From Elusimicrobiota bacterium (GTDB lineage: Bacteria; Elusimicrobiota; Elusimicrobia; UBA1565; UBA9628): 64,000 bases of DNA. Shown here piece after piece: positions 20,240-29,920 of this stretch (the stretch's first letter is position 1; each line of letters opens with the position of its first letter). Below the pieces are notes generated by a model, which searched no databases, was not told the origin of the DNA, and saw only the letters and a list, made by a program, of their open reading frames with translations. A program made the translations under genes and the position numbers. Location of the stretch: positions 18,436 through 82,435 of the forward strand of contig JACRDQ010000040.1 in NCBI GenBank assembly GCA_016218545.1. Direction: 5' to 3'.

Positions 20240-20959
20240 ATGAAAGCGATGTCGGTCATCATTCTGGCTGGCGGCAACGCGGAGTGCATGCGTTTGGGCG
20301 AGGACTACGTGCCCAAGCTCATGATCCCCATCGGCGGCAAGCCTCTTCTCGAGCACCATATCGAGTGGCTCAAGGCCGCGGGTCAGGACTCCATCAGGCT
20401 CTGCCTGGGAGTCAACGCGGACGCGGTGCGCTCTCATTTCTCCGACGGGTCGGCCTGGGGCGTGCGGCTCCAGTACCTCGTCTATCAGAACCGGATCGGC
20501 AACGCCGGGATGGTCAAGTCCCTGGGCGCGGCCTCCCTGCCCGACGACACCCTCGTGCTCCTCGGCGACGTCTGGGCGCGCTTCGACCTGGCCAAGATGT
20601 TCGAGTTCCACCGCTCCCATGCGGGTCTGGCCACCTTGGCTTTGCGCAAGCCTGTGAAGGACGACGGCGCGCAGACCGTGGTCATGGGTCCTTCGCGGCG
20701 CGTGGTGAGCTTCCCGGATTACCCCAGCGACGACCCGGAGGCCATGGCCGCGGTCCCGGTCTGGATCATCCGGCGGGCGCTCCTCCACCACGTGCCCGAC
20801 GAGGGGCCGTGCAGCTTCCTCAAGGACGTCTTCCCTGCAGCGGTCCGCGCCGGGCACGAGCTCTACGGCTTCCCGGTCGCGGGAGAGGCTCTCGACATCG
20901 GGACCCCGGAGCGGCTCGACCAGCTCTCCCGGCGCTACGCCAAGAGCCTCGCCGCCTGA
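20240..20959 (+). CDS. Sugar-phosphate nucleotidylyltransferase
   Basis: The N-terminus VIILAGGNA.R......PK.MIPIGGKPLLEH matches the family signature. It is a paralog of the gene at 9623. Confidence 0.8.
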   Translation: MKAMSVIILAGGNAECMRLGEDYVPKLMIPIGGKPLLEHHIEWLKAAGQDSIRLCLGVNADAVRSHFSDGSAWGVRLQYLVYQNRIGNAGMVKSLGAASLPDDTLVLLGDVWARFDLAKMFEFHRSHAGLATLALRKPVKDDGAQTVVMGPSRRVVSFPDYPSDDPEAMAAVPVWIIRRALLHHVPDEGPCSFLKDVFPAAVRAGHELYGFPVAGEALDIGTPERLDQLSRRYAKSLAA

Positions 20960-20961
20960 AT

Positions 20962-21274
20962 CTAGTGCTCCGACCGCGCCATAATGAGCGTTGTGGCGGC
21001 CAGATTCGAGGCGGCTGCAAGGCGCGAGGCGCGAAGATACTGAATGTATCTGAGCGCCGGGCAACGCAGCAGACGGCCGAAGGCTGGCCTCCGCTCTATT
21101 GAAGACGAATGCAATCGATGGGCAGGAAATCCCTTAAGAGAGCGGCCGGTCGCTTTCGGGCTGCGCCTGCGTCGCTCGTCGGTCGCAGGCGTACAGCCTT
21201 CTCCCTCCTCGCTCCTTGGCTCGCCTCAAAACCGACCGGCCACAACGCTCATTATGGCGCGGTCGGAGCACTAG
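20962..21274. repeat. 313-bp palindromic element with perfect 36-bp terminal inverted repeats (MITE-like or structured RNA)
   Basis: 20962..20997 is the exact reverse complement of 21239..21274. The interior is an imperfect palindrome centred near 21118. The element fills the whole intergenic spacer. Confidence 0.8.
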
Positions 21275-21278
21275 CGTC

Positions 21279-22952
21279 GTGAAGACCACCGGCACCCTCC
21301 GTTGGTGGCTCCTGGCAGGGATCCTGCTCCTGGCCGCCTGGCTGAGATTCGACCATATCGGCTACGGCCTGCCCCACACCTTCAACTCGGACGAGCCCCA
21401 CCACATCAACCTCGCGGTCTCCTTCGGCTCGGTCTCGCTCAAGCCCTACAGCTTCAAGTACCCCGCGCTCTGGCCGACCCTGCTGGCTTGCTGCTACGGG
21501 GCTTGGTTCGCGGTCTGGTCCGGGTTCGGGTTGCTGCGTTCTGCGGCCGACTTCGCAGGCCTCTTCGCCTGGGACCCGACCGGGTTCTACCTCATCGGCC
21601 GGGTGCTCTCGGCGTTGTTCGGCCTGCTGGGCTTGGCCGCGGTCTGGAAGGCCGAGGAGCAGGTCCGTTCCAGAGGCGCGTTCCCCTGGGCGGTCCTGTG
21701 CCTGGCAGCGGCCCCGGTCATGATCGAGTCGAGCCACTCGGCCAAGCCGGACATGGCCATGTTCGCGGCGGCGTGCGCGGCATGGTATGCGGCCCTCAGG
21801 GTCTACCGCGACGGCGGCAGAAGGTGGCACTGGGCCTGCGGAACGGCCTTGGGCCTGGCTATGTCAGCGCAGTACACGGCGCTCCCAGCGGTCCTCCTCC
21901 TGCCCTTGGCGCACGCGCTGGGCCGCAAGGCTTCGCCCAGCCCCGGGCGCTTCCTGGCTGAGGGCGTTGTCGCGGCGGCGGTCGGCTTCTTCGCGGGCTC
22001 GCCTTATATCCTGCTCGATTTCCCGAGGTTCTGGGCTGCCATGCGCGATTTCTCGGCCCTGGCCGTCATCCGGGAGAAGAGCGCGGCGCGGATCGCTCTG
22101 GACGTGCATCTCAATGCCTGGAACTTCAGCGGCGTGGGCTCCGCTGCAGGCCTGGCAGCGGTCTTCGGTTTCGTGTCGCTCTGGCGCAGGGACCGGAGGT
22201 TGGCGCTCCTGCTCAGCGCTCCGGTCGCGGCCTACACCGCGAGCCTGAGCACGCACCCTGACGGCTCGTGGATGCGCTACCTGCTGGCCTGCTTCCCAGG
22301 CCTGGCCCTGCTCGCCGGAGAAGGGCTCTCCCCGGTCGCGGGCTGGGGCCGGCCCGCTGCCGTGCTCGCCGGCCTGCTGGTCCTGGGCCCGGGGACCTTG
22401 GCATGCGTCCGCCACAACCGGGACCTGTCTTTGCCCGACACCAGGACCCAGGCGACCGAGTGGATCGAGGCCGATGTCCCGGTTGGCGCGGTCCTGCTCA
22501 TGGATTATCCGCACGCATGCCCACGCCTGGCCATGGTCAAGGAGCAGGCTCTGGAGCTCGAGGCCAGGACCAAGGCCGAAGGCTCGCCCCGGTGGAGGCT
22601 TTACGAGGCCATGGCCGCTTCCCACCCGGGAGGAGGCTACCGGATCTACCGCATCCAGCGCTCAGCCTCGGACCTGCGCTCCAATCCCGAGCACGTGCGC
22701 ATGTCCCAGGCCGAGACCGCGGTCCTCGACGTGTCGGCGGGCCTGGGCCCCGCCCGCGCGGCCCGGGTGGAGTACGTGGTCGTTTCCAGCCACGGCGCCA
22801 CTCCGGAGCGGTCCCCGGAGCTGCGGAGGTTCTTCGACGAGCTCGAGCGGCAGGGAAGGCTCCTCCGGGAGTTCGCGCCCGCGCCGGGCCGGGTCCGGGG
22901 GCCGCGCCTGAAGGTCTACAGGCTCGGCCCAGCCGAGCGAGCCCGGAAGTGA
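21279..22952 (+). CDS. GT-C fold (family 39/ArnT-like) membrane glycosyltransferase candidate
   Basis: Trimmed to the GTG at 21279, just after the inverted repeat. An early loop FNSDEPHH and many helices (AKPDM...) are followed by a soluble C-terminal domain. Confidence 0.6.
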   Translation: MKTTGTLRWWLLAGILLLAAWLRFDHIGYGLPHTFNSDEPHHINLAVSFGSVSLKPYSFKYPALWPTLLACCYGAWFAVWSGFGLLRSAADFAGLFAWDPTGFYLIGRVLSALFGLLGLAAVWKAEEQVRSRGAFPWAVLCLAAAPVMIESSHSAKPDMAMFAAACAAWYAALRVYRDGGRRWHWACGTALGLAMSAQYTALPAVLLLPLAHALGRKASPSPGRFLAEGVVAAAVGFFAGSPYILLDFPRFWAAMRDFSALAVIREKSAARIALDVHLNAWNFSGVGSAAGLAAVFGFVSLWRRDRRLALLLSAPVAAYTASLSTHPDGSWMRYLLACFPGLALLAGEGLSPVAGWGRPAAVLAGLLVLGPGTLACVRHNRDLSLPDTRTQATEWIEADVPVGAVLLMDYPHACPRLAMVKEQALELEARTKAEGSPRWRLYEAMAASHPGGGYRIYRIQRSASDLRSNPEHVRMSQAETAVLDVSAGLGPARAARVEYVVVSSHGATPERSPELRRFFDELERQGRLLREFAPAPGRVRGPRLKVYRLGPAERARK

Positions 22953-23404
22953 AGCGGCGCTCGATCCCTGTCCTGGCGCTCTTTCTCGCGCTCTCGGCCG
23001 CTGCCGTGCTCCTCCTCTCACGGGGCGCGGCCGACAAGAGGCGAGGCTTGGTCTTTCCTCCCGCAGCCAAGGCTCCGGGGATGGTCGCGATGAAAGGCGC
23101 CTACTCCAAGAACGGCTACAGCGCGGACCTGGGGCTTTGGTTCCCGCGGCAGGGAGGCAGGGTGTCCGGCCTCATCGAGGGAGCGTGCAGGGGGACCGTG
23201 GACGGCCGCTATTCCCGGGAGGGGGGATTGTCCGGCCAGGCCGTGGGCTCGTGCCGGTTCTTGTTCGCGGACATCCATGCCCAGGCCTCCATCGAGGGGA
23301 GCGTGGACCCCGCGCTCGAGACCGGGGTCGCGGACTTCACCGCGACCGCGCTCGGGCAGACCCTGCGCGGGACGGTGCGGTTGTCTCCTGCGGCGAACCG
23401 TTAG
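22949..23404 (+). CDS. Small exported protein, unknown function
   Basis: The GTG at 22949 overlaps the previous stop (GTGA). It has an N-terminal hydrophobic signal/anchor ([18 protein letters not shown]). No recognisable domain. Confidence 0.45.
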   Translation: MKRRSIPVLALFLALSAAAVLLLSRGAADKRRGLVFPPAAKAPGMVAMKGAYSKNGYSADLGLWFPRQGGRVSGLIEGACRGTVDGRYSREGGLSGQAVGSCRFLFADIHAQASIEGSVDPALETGVADFTATALGQTLRGTVRLSPAANR

Positions 23405-23436
23405 GCGGGGATTTTGACTATAATATCAGCCCTGGA

Positions 23437-24177
23437 ATGAAGATCATCGCTGTCCTGCCGGCCTACAACGCTGAGAAGACCCTGGAGAAGACCCTGGCGG
23501 ACATCCCCAAGGGTTCGGTGCACGAGGTCATCCTGGTGGATGACTGCTCCAAGGACGGCACGGTCGAGCTCTCCAGGAGGCTCGGCCTGCACACGGTGGT
23601 GCACGAGAAGAACCGCGGGTACGGCGGCAACCAGAAGACCTGCTACGCCGAGGCCTTGAAGCGGGGAGCGGACATCGTCATCATGATCCACCCCGACTAC
23701 CAGTACGACGCTCGGCTCACCCCGGTCATGACCGGCCTCATCGCCTCCGGGGTATGCGACGTGGTGCTGGGCAACCGCATCAGGACCCGGTGGGAGGCCC
23801 TGGAGGGCGGCATGCCCTTCTACAAGTACATCTTCAACCGGCTCCTGACCATCATGGAGAACTCGGTCACGGGCCAGAACCTCGGGGAGTGGCACTCGGG
23901 CTTGCGCGCCTATTCCCGCCAGGTGCTCGAGACCGTGCGCTGGGAGCTGAACTCCGACGACTTCGTCTTCGACCAGCAGTTCCTCATCCAAGCCGCTTCC
24001 TGCAGGTTCCGCCTGGGAGACGTGCCGGTCCCGGTGCGCTATTTCCCCGAGGCCTCCTCCATCAACTTCAAACGGAGCGTGGTCTACGGCCTCTCGACCC
24101 TGGTCCTGCTCGTCGAGCATCTCATCCACAAGAGCAAGCTGGTCCGGTTCGGCTTCCTGACGGCGAAGACGCACTAG
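23437..24177 (+). CDS. Family 2 glycosyltransferase, polyprenyl-phosphate sugar synthase-like
   Basis: Trimmed to the ATG at 23437. [18 protein letters not shown] and HPDYQYD are GT2 motifs. TTGACTATAAT lies just upstream. Confidence 0.85.
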   Translation: MKIIAVLPAYNAEKTLEKTLADIPKGSVHEVILVDDCSKDGTVELSRRLGLHTVVHEKNRGYGGNQKTCYAEALKRGADIVIMIHPDYQYDARLTPVMTGLIASGVCDVVLGNRIRTRWEALEGGMPFYKYIFNRLLTIMENSVTGQNLGEWHSGLRAYSRQVLETVRWELNSDDFVFDQQFLIQAASCRFRLGDVPVPVRYFPEASSINFKRSVVYGLSTLVLLVEHLIHKSKLVRFGFLTAKTH

Positions 24178-24266
24178 CCTCCGGAATCCGCCGCCGGATT
24201 AAGCGCTTCTTAAGCGGGCGGTGCTATGCTTGTAGCATCCCCGCGACGCGACGGGGCAAGATCTCC

Positions 24267-27200
24267 ATGAGCGGCGAACGCGAGAAGTCCATCCTGCCCG
24301 AGGCCGTCACCCGCATCGGCGTCTGGGCTGAGTCCGCTCGAGGCGGAACGCTGCTGGCGGTCGTCTTTTCGGCCTGCTACGGCCTGCTGGTCTGGTCCCA
24401 GTACAGGGACGCGGACCGGTATTGGACGGCCCTGCTCGGGCAGGGGGTGCGTGAGAGGGTCGCCGTGCTGGGCGGGTGGGTCAATTGGTGGACCGAGGAG
24501 GTCTCGGAGTTCGCCGGTTCTCCGGAGGCGAGAGCGGCCCTGGCCGAGCCGCAGGCAGGCGGGGCCGCCCGGCGCCTGTTCGGCCGCAGGCTGCGCCAGG
24601 CAAGGGACCTGCACGGATTCCAGAGCCTCTGCCTCACCGACGCGAGAGGGCGCCTGCTCGCCGACGCCTCCGCCGCGCCGGAGGCCTGTCCGACCTCGAG
24701 CGCCGAGGTCCGGGTCCTCCATCAGGCCGAGGCCGCGTCGGTCCTGGTCCGCGGCCGAAGTCCGAGGGATACGCGCATCGGTCTCTCGTCTCCCGTGGAG
24801 TACGCTCCCGGGCAGGCCGGGCACTTGACCGGCTGGATCTCCGCCGAGCAGGCCGTGCTCGCGCACATCGTGAGGGGCTGGGTGGAAGCCAAGACCGGAG
24901 AGTCGATCCTGGCCTGCCGAGGCCCGGGGGGGAACACGGCCATCCTCATCTCGCCGCTGAGATTCTCCGGAGACGACGCGTTCCTGGAGAGGGATCTGCG
25001 AGACGCCCGACCGCTCAGCGCCGCCCTGGAGGGGAAGGAGCAGGCCGGCTGGCAGACGGACTACCATGGTCAGCGCGTCTTGGCCGCCTTCGCCCCCATC
25101 CCGGGCACGGGCCTCGTCCTGGGCCGCAAGGTGGACAGGTCCGAGGTGCTGGCGGGCTTCTTGGACAAGGCGGTCCTGGAGGGGCTGGTGCTCCTCTTGA
25201 GCTTGGCCGGATTGCTGCTCCTGCACCAGTCGGCCGCGTCCCGGCTCAGGTTGACGGCGCTCGTCGCCCTGAAGGCCGGTGAGGAGCGCTTCCAACGCCT
25301 GGTCGACGAGGCTCCCACGGCCATGGGCCTCTGCCGCGCGGGCCGCATGGTCTACGCCAACAAGGCGATGTTGGCCCTGTTGGGCTGGAGGGAGGCCTCG
25401 GAGTATGTCGGGAGGAGCCGCCTTGAGGACGTGGCCCCGGAGTGCCGGGAGCAGACGGCCCGGCGGCTCTGCGTGTCCGAATGGGGGCTCCCCTTGCAGG
25501 GCGCTTATGAGGTGACCCTGCTCAGGAGGGACCGGTCCCGGGTCGAAGTCAGCGCCAAGGAGGCCGCCCTCGGAGACGATGAGGGCGGGGCCGTCGTCAT
25601 CATCCTCGAGGACCTGACCCAGCGCAACAGGGCCTTGAAAGAGCTCAAGGACATGGCCATGGAGTGGCAGAGGACCTTCGACGGCGTGGAGGACGGGGTC
25701 TGTCTCCTCGACGCCGACATGCACGTGGCGCGCTGCAACAGGGCTTTGGCCGGGATCGTGGGGCGGTCCCCGGAGGAGCTCTTGGGGCTGCCTTGCTGGA
25801 AGGTCTTTCATCCTGAGGCCAAGAGCCTCGCGGGCTGTCCGGCCCGGGCCGCGTGCTCGGGAGAGGCCAAGAAGCACCTGCCTATCGTGCTGGGCTCCCG
25901 GCGCTACGAGGTCACCTTCGACCCGATCAAGGGCGGGTCCGGCGAGTTCCTGGGCGGGGTGCACATGCTCCGCGACGTGGACGAGCGCCGTCGGATGGAG
26001 GAGGGCATCCGGGAGAGCGAAGGAAGGCTCCAGGCCATCGCGCGGTCGGTCCAGGACGCGATCATCATGATGGACGAGGAGGGACGGGCCTGTTTCTGGA
26101 ACCGGGCGGCGGAGGAGACGTTCGGCTACTCCGCGAGCGAGATCCAGGGCAAGGAGCTCAAGGAGGTCCTCGGCGGAACCGAGTTCGACGAGATGCGACG
26201 CAAGGCCTTCGAGAGATGGAAGAAGACCGGGGAACGCGGCAGCGTGGGCATGCTCTTGGAGCTCCAGGGCCGCAGGAAGGACGGCGCGGACTTCCCGCTG
26301 GAGCTGTCCCTGGCCTCGATCCAGCTGGACGGCGAGTTGCGCGCCGTGGCGGTCGTGCGCGACGTCAGCGTCCGCAAGGCCGCGGAGGCCGAGCGCGACA
26401 GGACCGGCCAACGGCTCTCGAGGCTCACGGAGGTCCTGCTGGCTCGGGGGCAGGATCCCGGCCGGAACATCGAGCGGCTGACCACTCTGGCCGGAGAGAC
26501 CTTCGGCGCGGACTGCGCCCTCTATTGCAGGATCGAAGGCGGCTGCATCCGGGTCCTGGGAGGCTGGAGGACCCCGCCCGGGCTCAAGCTGGAGGACCGG
26601 GCTCAGGGGCACGTCTGCGAGGGCGTGGTCTCCAGCATGGAGGAGGGGGCGGTCTTCATCCCGGATCTGGCTGCCACGCCTTTCGCCAAGACGGATCCTA
26701 ACGTCTCCGCCTACGGACTGCGGTGCTATTTCGGGCACGTGGTGAAAAAAGGCGAGGAGCGCGTGGGTTCGATCTGCACCGTCTTCAGCAGACCCTTCGA
26801 GCCCTCGGAGGAGGACCGCCGGCTCATGGGCATCTTCGCCGCGGCCCTCGGCATGGAGGAGAGCCACCAAGAGCTCAACGCTCGGTTCCTGCATTCGCAG
26901 AAGATGGAGGCCGTGGGCAGGCTCGCGGGAGGCATCGCCCACGACTTCAACAACATCCTGACCGCCATCCGGGGCTATGCCGAGTTCCTCATGTCCGGCT
27001 TCGGGCCGGGCGACGCCAGGCTCGCGGACGCCAGGGAGATCGTCACTGCCTCGGACCGCGCCAGGGACCTGACCCGGCAGATGCTGGCCTTCAGCCGGAG
27101 GCAGGTGCTCAGGCCCTCCGTGGTGGACCTGGGGTCCGTCGTCCGCGGCGTGGCCAAGATGCTGGGACGGATCGTGGGAGAGGACGTGCGCCTCGAGGTG

Positions 27201-28064
27201 GCGTGCGGCGACGGCCTGCCCAAGGTGCGGGTGGACACTCCTCAGTTCGAGCAGGTCATCGTGAACCTGGCGGTCAACGCGCGCGACGCCATGCCCGCCG
27301 GGGGCGTCCTGCGCATCACGACCTCGTTCGAGGGCGGCCGCGTCGTGATGCGCGTGGAGGATTCGGGCTGCGGCATCGCGCCGGACGTGCTTGCGCGCGT
27401 CTTCGAGCCGTTCTTCACGACCAAGGAGAAAGGCAGGGGCACGGGCCTGGGGCTGTCCACGGTGTACGGCATCGTGAAGCAGTCGGACGGCGATATCGCA
27501 GCGGAGAGCCTCCCGGGCAAGGGCGCGGTTTTCACCATCTCCCTTCCGCCGGCCGGCGGGGCCGGCGTGGAGGAAGCGGGGGAGCGTGTCGTCCCGGACG
27601 AGGAGGATCTCGACACCGCGGGCTCGGAGACCGTCCTGGTCGCCGAGGACGAGGAGAAGCTGCGCGCCTTGGCCGGTCGCGTTCTCGCGGCCAAGGGCTA
27701 CGAGGTCCTTTCCGCCGGGTCGGGGGAGGAAGCCCTGAGGCTCCTGGCGCAGCGGCAGGGGGCCGTGCACCTGCTCTTGACCGACGTGGTCATGCCGGGC
27801 ATGAACGGCAAGGAGCTCGCGGAACGGGCGGTATCGTTGAGGCCCGGGCTCAAGGTCCTGTTCGTCTCCGGGTATCCTGACGAGGTCCTCGGCTTGAAGG
27901 GAATCCTCGAGGACGGGGTCAGGTTCATATCCAAGCCGTTCTCAAAGGAGACCCTATGCCAGAAGGTCCGGGAGATACTGGACTCCGCGCCGGAGCATGG
28001 AGGAGGCCGGGGCGGAGCGCTCGGCGGCATTGGCAAGAAGACCGGAGATCGGGTATCATCTTAG
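24267..28064 (+). CDS. Hybrid sensor histidine kinase (periplasmic/TM sensor, multiple PAS, GAF-like, HisKA-HATPase, REC)
   Basis: Trimmed to the ATG at 24267. H-box [15 protein letters not shown]; N/G boxes NLAVNARDAM, DSGCGI and GTGLGLS; C-terminal receiver with LLLTDVVMPGMNG. Confidence 0.9.
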   Translation: MSGEREKSILPEAVTRIGVWAESARGGTLLAVVFSACYGLLVWSQYRDADRYWTALLGQGVRERVAVLGGWVNWWTEEVSEFAGSPEARAALAEPQAGGAARRLFGRRLRQARDLHGFQSLCLTDARGRLLADASAAPEACPTSSAEVRVLHQAEAASVLVRGRSPRDTRIGLSSPVEYAPGQAGHLTGWISAEQAVLAHIVRGWVEAKTGESILACRGPGGNTAILISPLRFSGDDAFLERDLRDARPLSAALEGKEQAGWQTDYHGQRVLAAFAPIPGTGLVLGRKVDRSEVLAGFLDKAVLEGLVLLLSLAGLLLLHQSAASRLRLTALVALKAGEERFQRLVDEAPTAMGLCRAGRMVYANKAMLALLGWREASEYVGRSRLEDVAPECREQTARRLCVSEWGLPLQGAYEVTLLRRDRSRVEVSAKEAALGDDEGGAVVIILEDLTQRNRALKELKDMAMEWQRTFDGVEDGVCLLDADMHVARCNRALAGIVGRSPEELLGLPCWKVFHPEAKSLAGCPARAACSGEAKKHLPIVLGSRRYEVTFDPIKGGSGEFLGGVHMLRDVDERRRMEEGIRESEGRLQAIARSVQDAIIMMDEEGRACFWNRAAEETFGYSASEIQGKELKEVLGGTEFDEMRRKAFERWKKTGERGSVGMLLELQGRRKDGADFPLELSLASIQLDGELRAVAVVRDVSVRKAAEAERDRTGQRLSRLTEVLLARGQDPGRNIERLTTLAGETFGADCALYCRIEGGCIRVLGGWRTPPGLKLEDRAQGHVCEGVVSSMEEGAVFIPDLAATPFAKTDPNVSAYGLRCYFGHVVKKGEERVGSICTVFSRPFEPSEEDRRLMGIFAAALGMEESHQELNARFLHSQKMEAVGRLAGGIAHDFNNILTAIRGYAEFLMSGFGPGDARLADAREIVTASDRARDLTRQMLAFSRRQVLRPSVVDLGSVVRGVAKMLGRIVGEDVRLEVACGDGLPKVRVDTPQFEQVIVNLAVNARDAMPAGGVLRITTSFEGGRVVMRVEDSGCGIAPDVLARVFEPFFTTKEKGRGTGLGLSTVYGIVKQSDGDIAAESLPGKGAVFTISLPPAGGAGVEEAGERVVPDEEDLDTAGSETVLVAEDEEKLRALAGRVLAAKGYEVLSAGSGEEALRLLAQRQGAVHLLLTDVVMPGMNGKELAERAVSLRPGLKVLFVSGYPDEVLGLKGILEDGVRFISKPFSKETLCQKVREILDSAPEHGGGRGGALGGIGKKTGDRVSS

Positions 28065-28065
28065 G

Positions 28066-28776
28066 ATGACGCCTGCGGGTCCCTTGGCTCCCAAGATCCT
28101 GGTCGTAGACGATGACGTCGCCATCGTGGGCGTCCTGCGCCGGGCGCTCACCGCCGGCGGCTTCCAAGTCGTGTCCACGGACAACGGGTCCGAGGCGCTC
28201 ATGCTCGTGCGCGAGTCCAAGCCCGACCTCGTGCTCGTGGACGCGCGCATGCCGGGTCTCGACGGCCACACGTGCTGCAGGGTCCTCAAGAAGGAGGCCT
28301 CCACGCGGAACATCCCGGTCATCATCATGTCCGGGGCGCTGGTGGGTGAAGAGCATGTGGTCTCGGGGTTCGCGGGGGGAGCCGATGACTATGTGCTCAA
28401 GCCCTTCTCCCTGCCGGTCCTGGAGGCTCGTATCCTGGCCGTGTTGAGGCGCTACGAGGTGGCGCGGACGTCCGAGGAGAAGCTCAGACGCTGCGGCATC
28501 GAGCTCGATCCTGATGCCCGCTCCGTCAAGGTGCAGGGCCGGGTGGTGAGCCTCACGCGCAAGGAGTTCGACCTGCTGGCCGTCCTCCTGAGCAGGCCGA
28601 ACAAGGTCCTCAACATCAACTATCTCCTCGAGACCGTGTGGGGCTACGATCCCGCGGACTACAACGACCCGGGCACGGTCGAGGTCCATGTCTGCCACCT
28701 GCGCAAGAAGCTCGGGCCCAAGGCCGCCAAGCGCATCGTCAACGTCACCGGCCTGGGCTACAAGTTCGAAGAATAA
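28066..28776 (+). CDS. OmpR/PhoB-family response regulator (REC + winged helix)
   Basis: ILVVDDD...DLVLVDARMPGLDG followed by the C-terminal LTRKEFDLLAVLL...VEVHVCHLRKKL DNA-binding domain. Confidence 0.9.
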   Translation: MTPAGPLAPKILVVDDDVAIVGVLRRALTAGGFQVVSTDNGSEALMLVRESKPDLVLVDARMPGLDGHTCCRVLKKEASTRNIPVIIMSGALVGEEHVVSGFAGGADDYVLKPFSLPVLEARILAVLRRYEVARTSEEKLRRCGIELDPDARSVKVQGRVVSLTRKEFDLLAVLLSRPNKVLNINYLLETVWGYDPADYNDPGTVEVHVCHLRKKLGPKAAKRIVNVTGLGYKFEE

Positions 28777-28894
28777 TCCGTTCCTCCCATCCCCTCCGGA
28801 TTTAAGGGCCCCTTAATCCCCTGGAAAGGCGGCGGCAATCGGCCGCCGCTAACCTATGCATAGGGCGCGGCGTGCAGCCGACAAGGGAGGGGAT

Positions 28895-29920
28895 ATGACG
28901 TCCAAGGCGCGGGTCCTGGTCGTGGAGGACGACGAAGCGGTGCGCAGGACGCTGGTCCGGGTCCTGGGCCGGACGGAGTGCGAGGTCCTGCAGTCCGGAG
29001 ACGGCGGCGACGGCCTGCGCCGGGCGCGCGAACTCCACCCGGACCTCATCCTCCTTGACGTGGGCCTGCCCGCCAAGTCGGGGTTGGAGGTCCTCAGGGA
29101 GCTCCGCCGCGGCCAGGACACGAGCGCCATCCCGGTCATCATGCTGACCGGCCTGGCCGGCCTCTCGGACAAGGTCGAGGGGTTCAACCTGGGGGCCGAC
29201 GACTATGTCACCAAGCCGTTCGCGGTCGAGGAGCTCAGCGCCCGCGTCGAGAGCATCCTGCGCCGCGTCCGGCGAGACCGGGCCGCCAACCCGCTCACGC
29301 GCCTGCCCGGGAGCCCGGACATCGAGGCGGAGACCTGCCGCCGCATCCGGGAGGGCATCCCATTCGCGTTCCATTACGCCGACATGGACCATTTCAAGGC
29401 CTTCAACGACGCTTATGGGTTCGAGCGCGGGGACCGTCTCATAGAGTGCCTGGCCGCGTGCTTGACGGACAGCATCGCCATGCACGACGGCGGCGCAGGC
29501 TTCGCCGGGCACGTGGGAGGAGACGACTTCGTGGCCATCACGTCGCCGCAAGCCGCCCCGTTCGTGGCCCAGAGCCTTTGCGGACTCTTCGACGAACGGC
29601 GGAGCCGATACTACTCGGCGGAGGACCTGGCGCGGGGGTTCATCCGTGGACACGACCGTCAGGGGCGGCCGGAGACCTTCCCCTTCGTGACCTTGTCCGT
29701 CGGCGTCGTCACCACGTCTTGCCGCGTCTTGGACAGGTTCCCCAAGGTGGTGGCCCTGGCCTCGGAGATGAAGATGAGCCTAAAAGCCGGCCCTCCGCGG
29801 CGCCTGAGCAGCTTCGCCTTCGACCGGCGCAGCGACCTGGGCGTGCTGCGGGCCTGGAGTCGGGCCGCGGGCGAGTGGCTGACGCGCGCGGATGTCCTGG
29901 GACAGGGGGGGCGACCATGA
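28895..29920 (+). CDS. Response regulator with GGDEF-type domain (variant GGDDF motif)
   Basis: AAGGGAGG lies upstream of the ATG at 28895. REC domain (VLVVEDD...LILLDVGLP). The domain then shows ADMDHFKAFNDAYGFERGD ... HVGGDDF. Confidence 0.85.
   Translation: MTSKARVLVVEDDEAVRRTLVRVLGRTECEVLQSGDGGDGLRRARELHPDLILLDVGLPAKSGLEVLRELRRGQDTSAIPVIMLTGLAGLSDKVEGFNLGADDYVTKPFAVEELSARVESILRRVRRDRAANPLTRLPGSPDIEAETCRRIREGIPFAFHYADMDHFKAFNDAYGFERGDRLIECLAACLTDSIAMHDGGAGFAGHVGGDDFVAITSPQAAPFVAQSLCGLFDERRSRYYSAEDLARGFIRGHDRQGRPETFPFVTLSVGVVTTSCRVLDRFPKVVALASEMKMSLKAGPPRRLSSFAFDRRSDLGVLRAWSRAAGEWLTRADVLGQGGRP

Noticed and set aside
21044-21274. 76-aa ORF inside the palindromic element.
   Set aside because: It has no SD and an Arg/Ser/Pro-rich composition. 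It runs through the inverted-repeat arm. The palindromic DNA explains the region better than coding does.
24210-27770. 1186-aa minus-strand ORF, plus several 100-400-aa ORFs overlapping the hybrid histidine kinase gene.
   Set aside because: The plus-strand frame contains complete PAS/HisKA/HATPase/REC motifs. The antisense product is low-complexity Arg/Gly/Pro/Ala sequence. The same reasoning applies to 33054..35564 (-), 17756..19576 (-), 17653..19578 (+), 10302..11747 (-), 39881..41563 (-), 47611..48816 (-) and similar ORFs.
28830-28852. GC hairpin GCGGCGGC-aatcg-GCCGCCGC after the OmpR-type regulator gene, a possible terminator.
   Set aside because: It has only an 8-bp stem and no downstream U-tract. 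Such GC-rich short hairpins are expected frequently in this composition. The same applies to the hairpin GGGCCCAGG-aggg-CCTGGGCCC at about 4738..4759.
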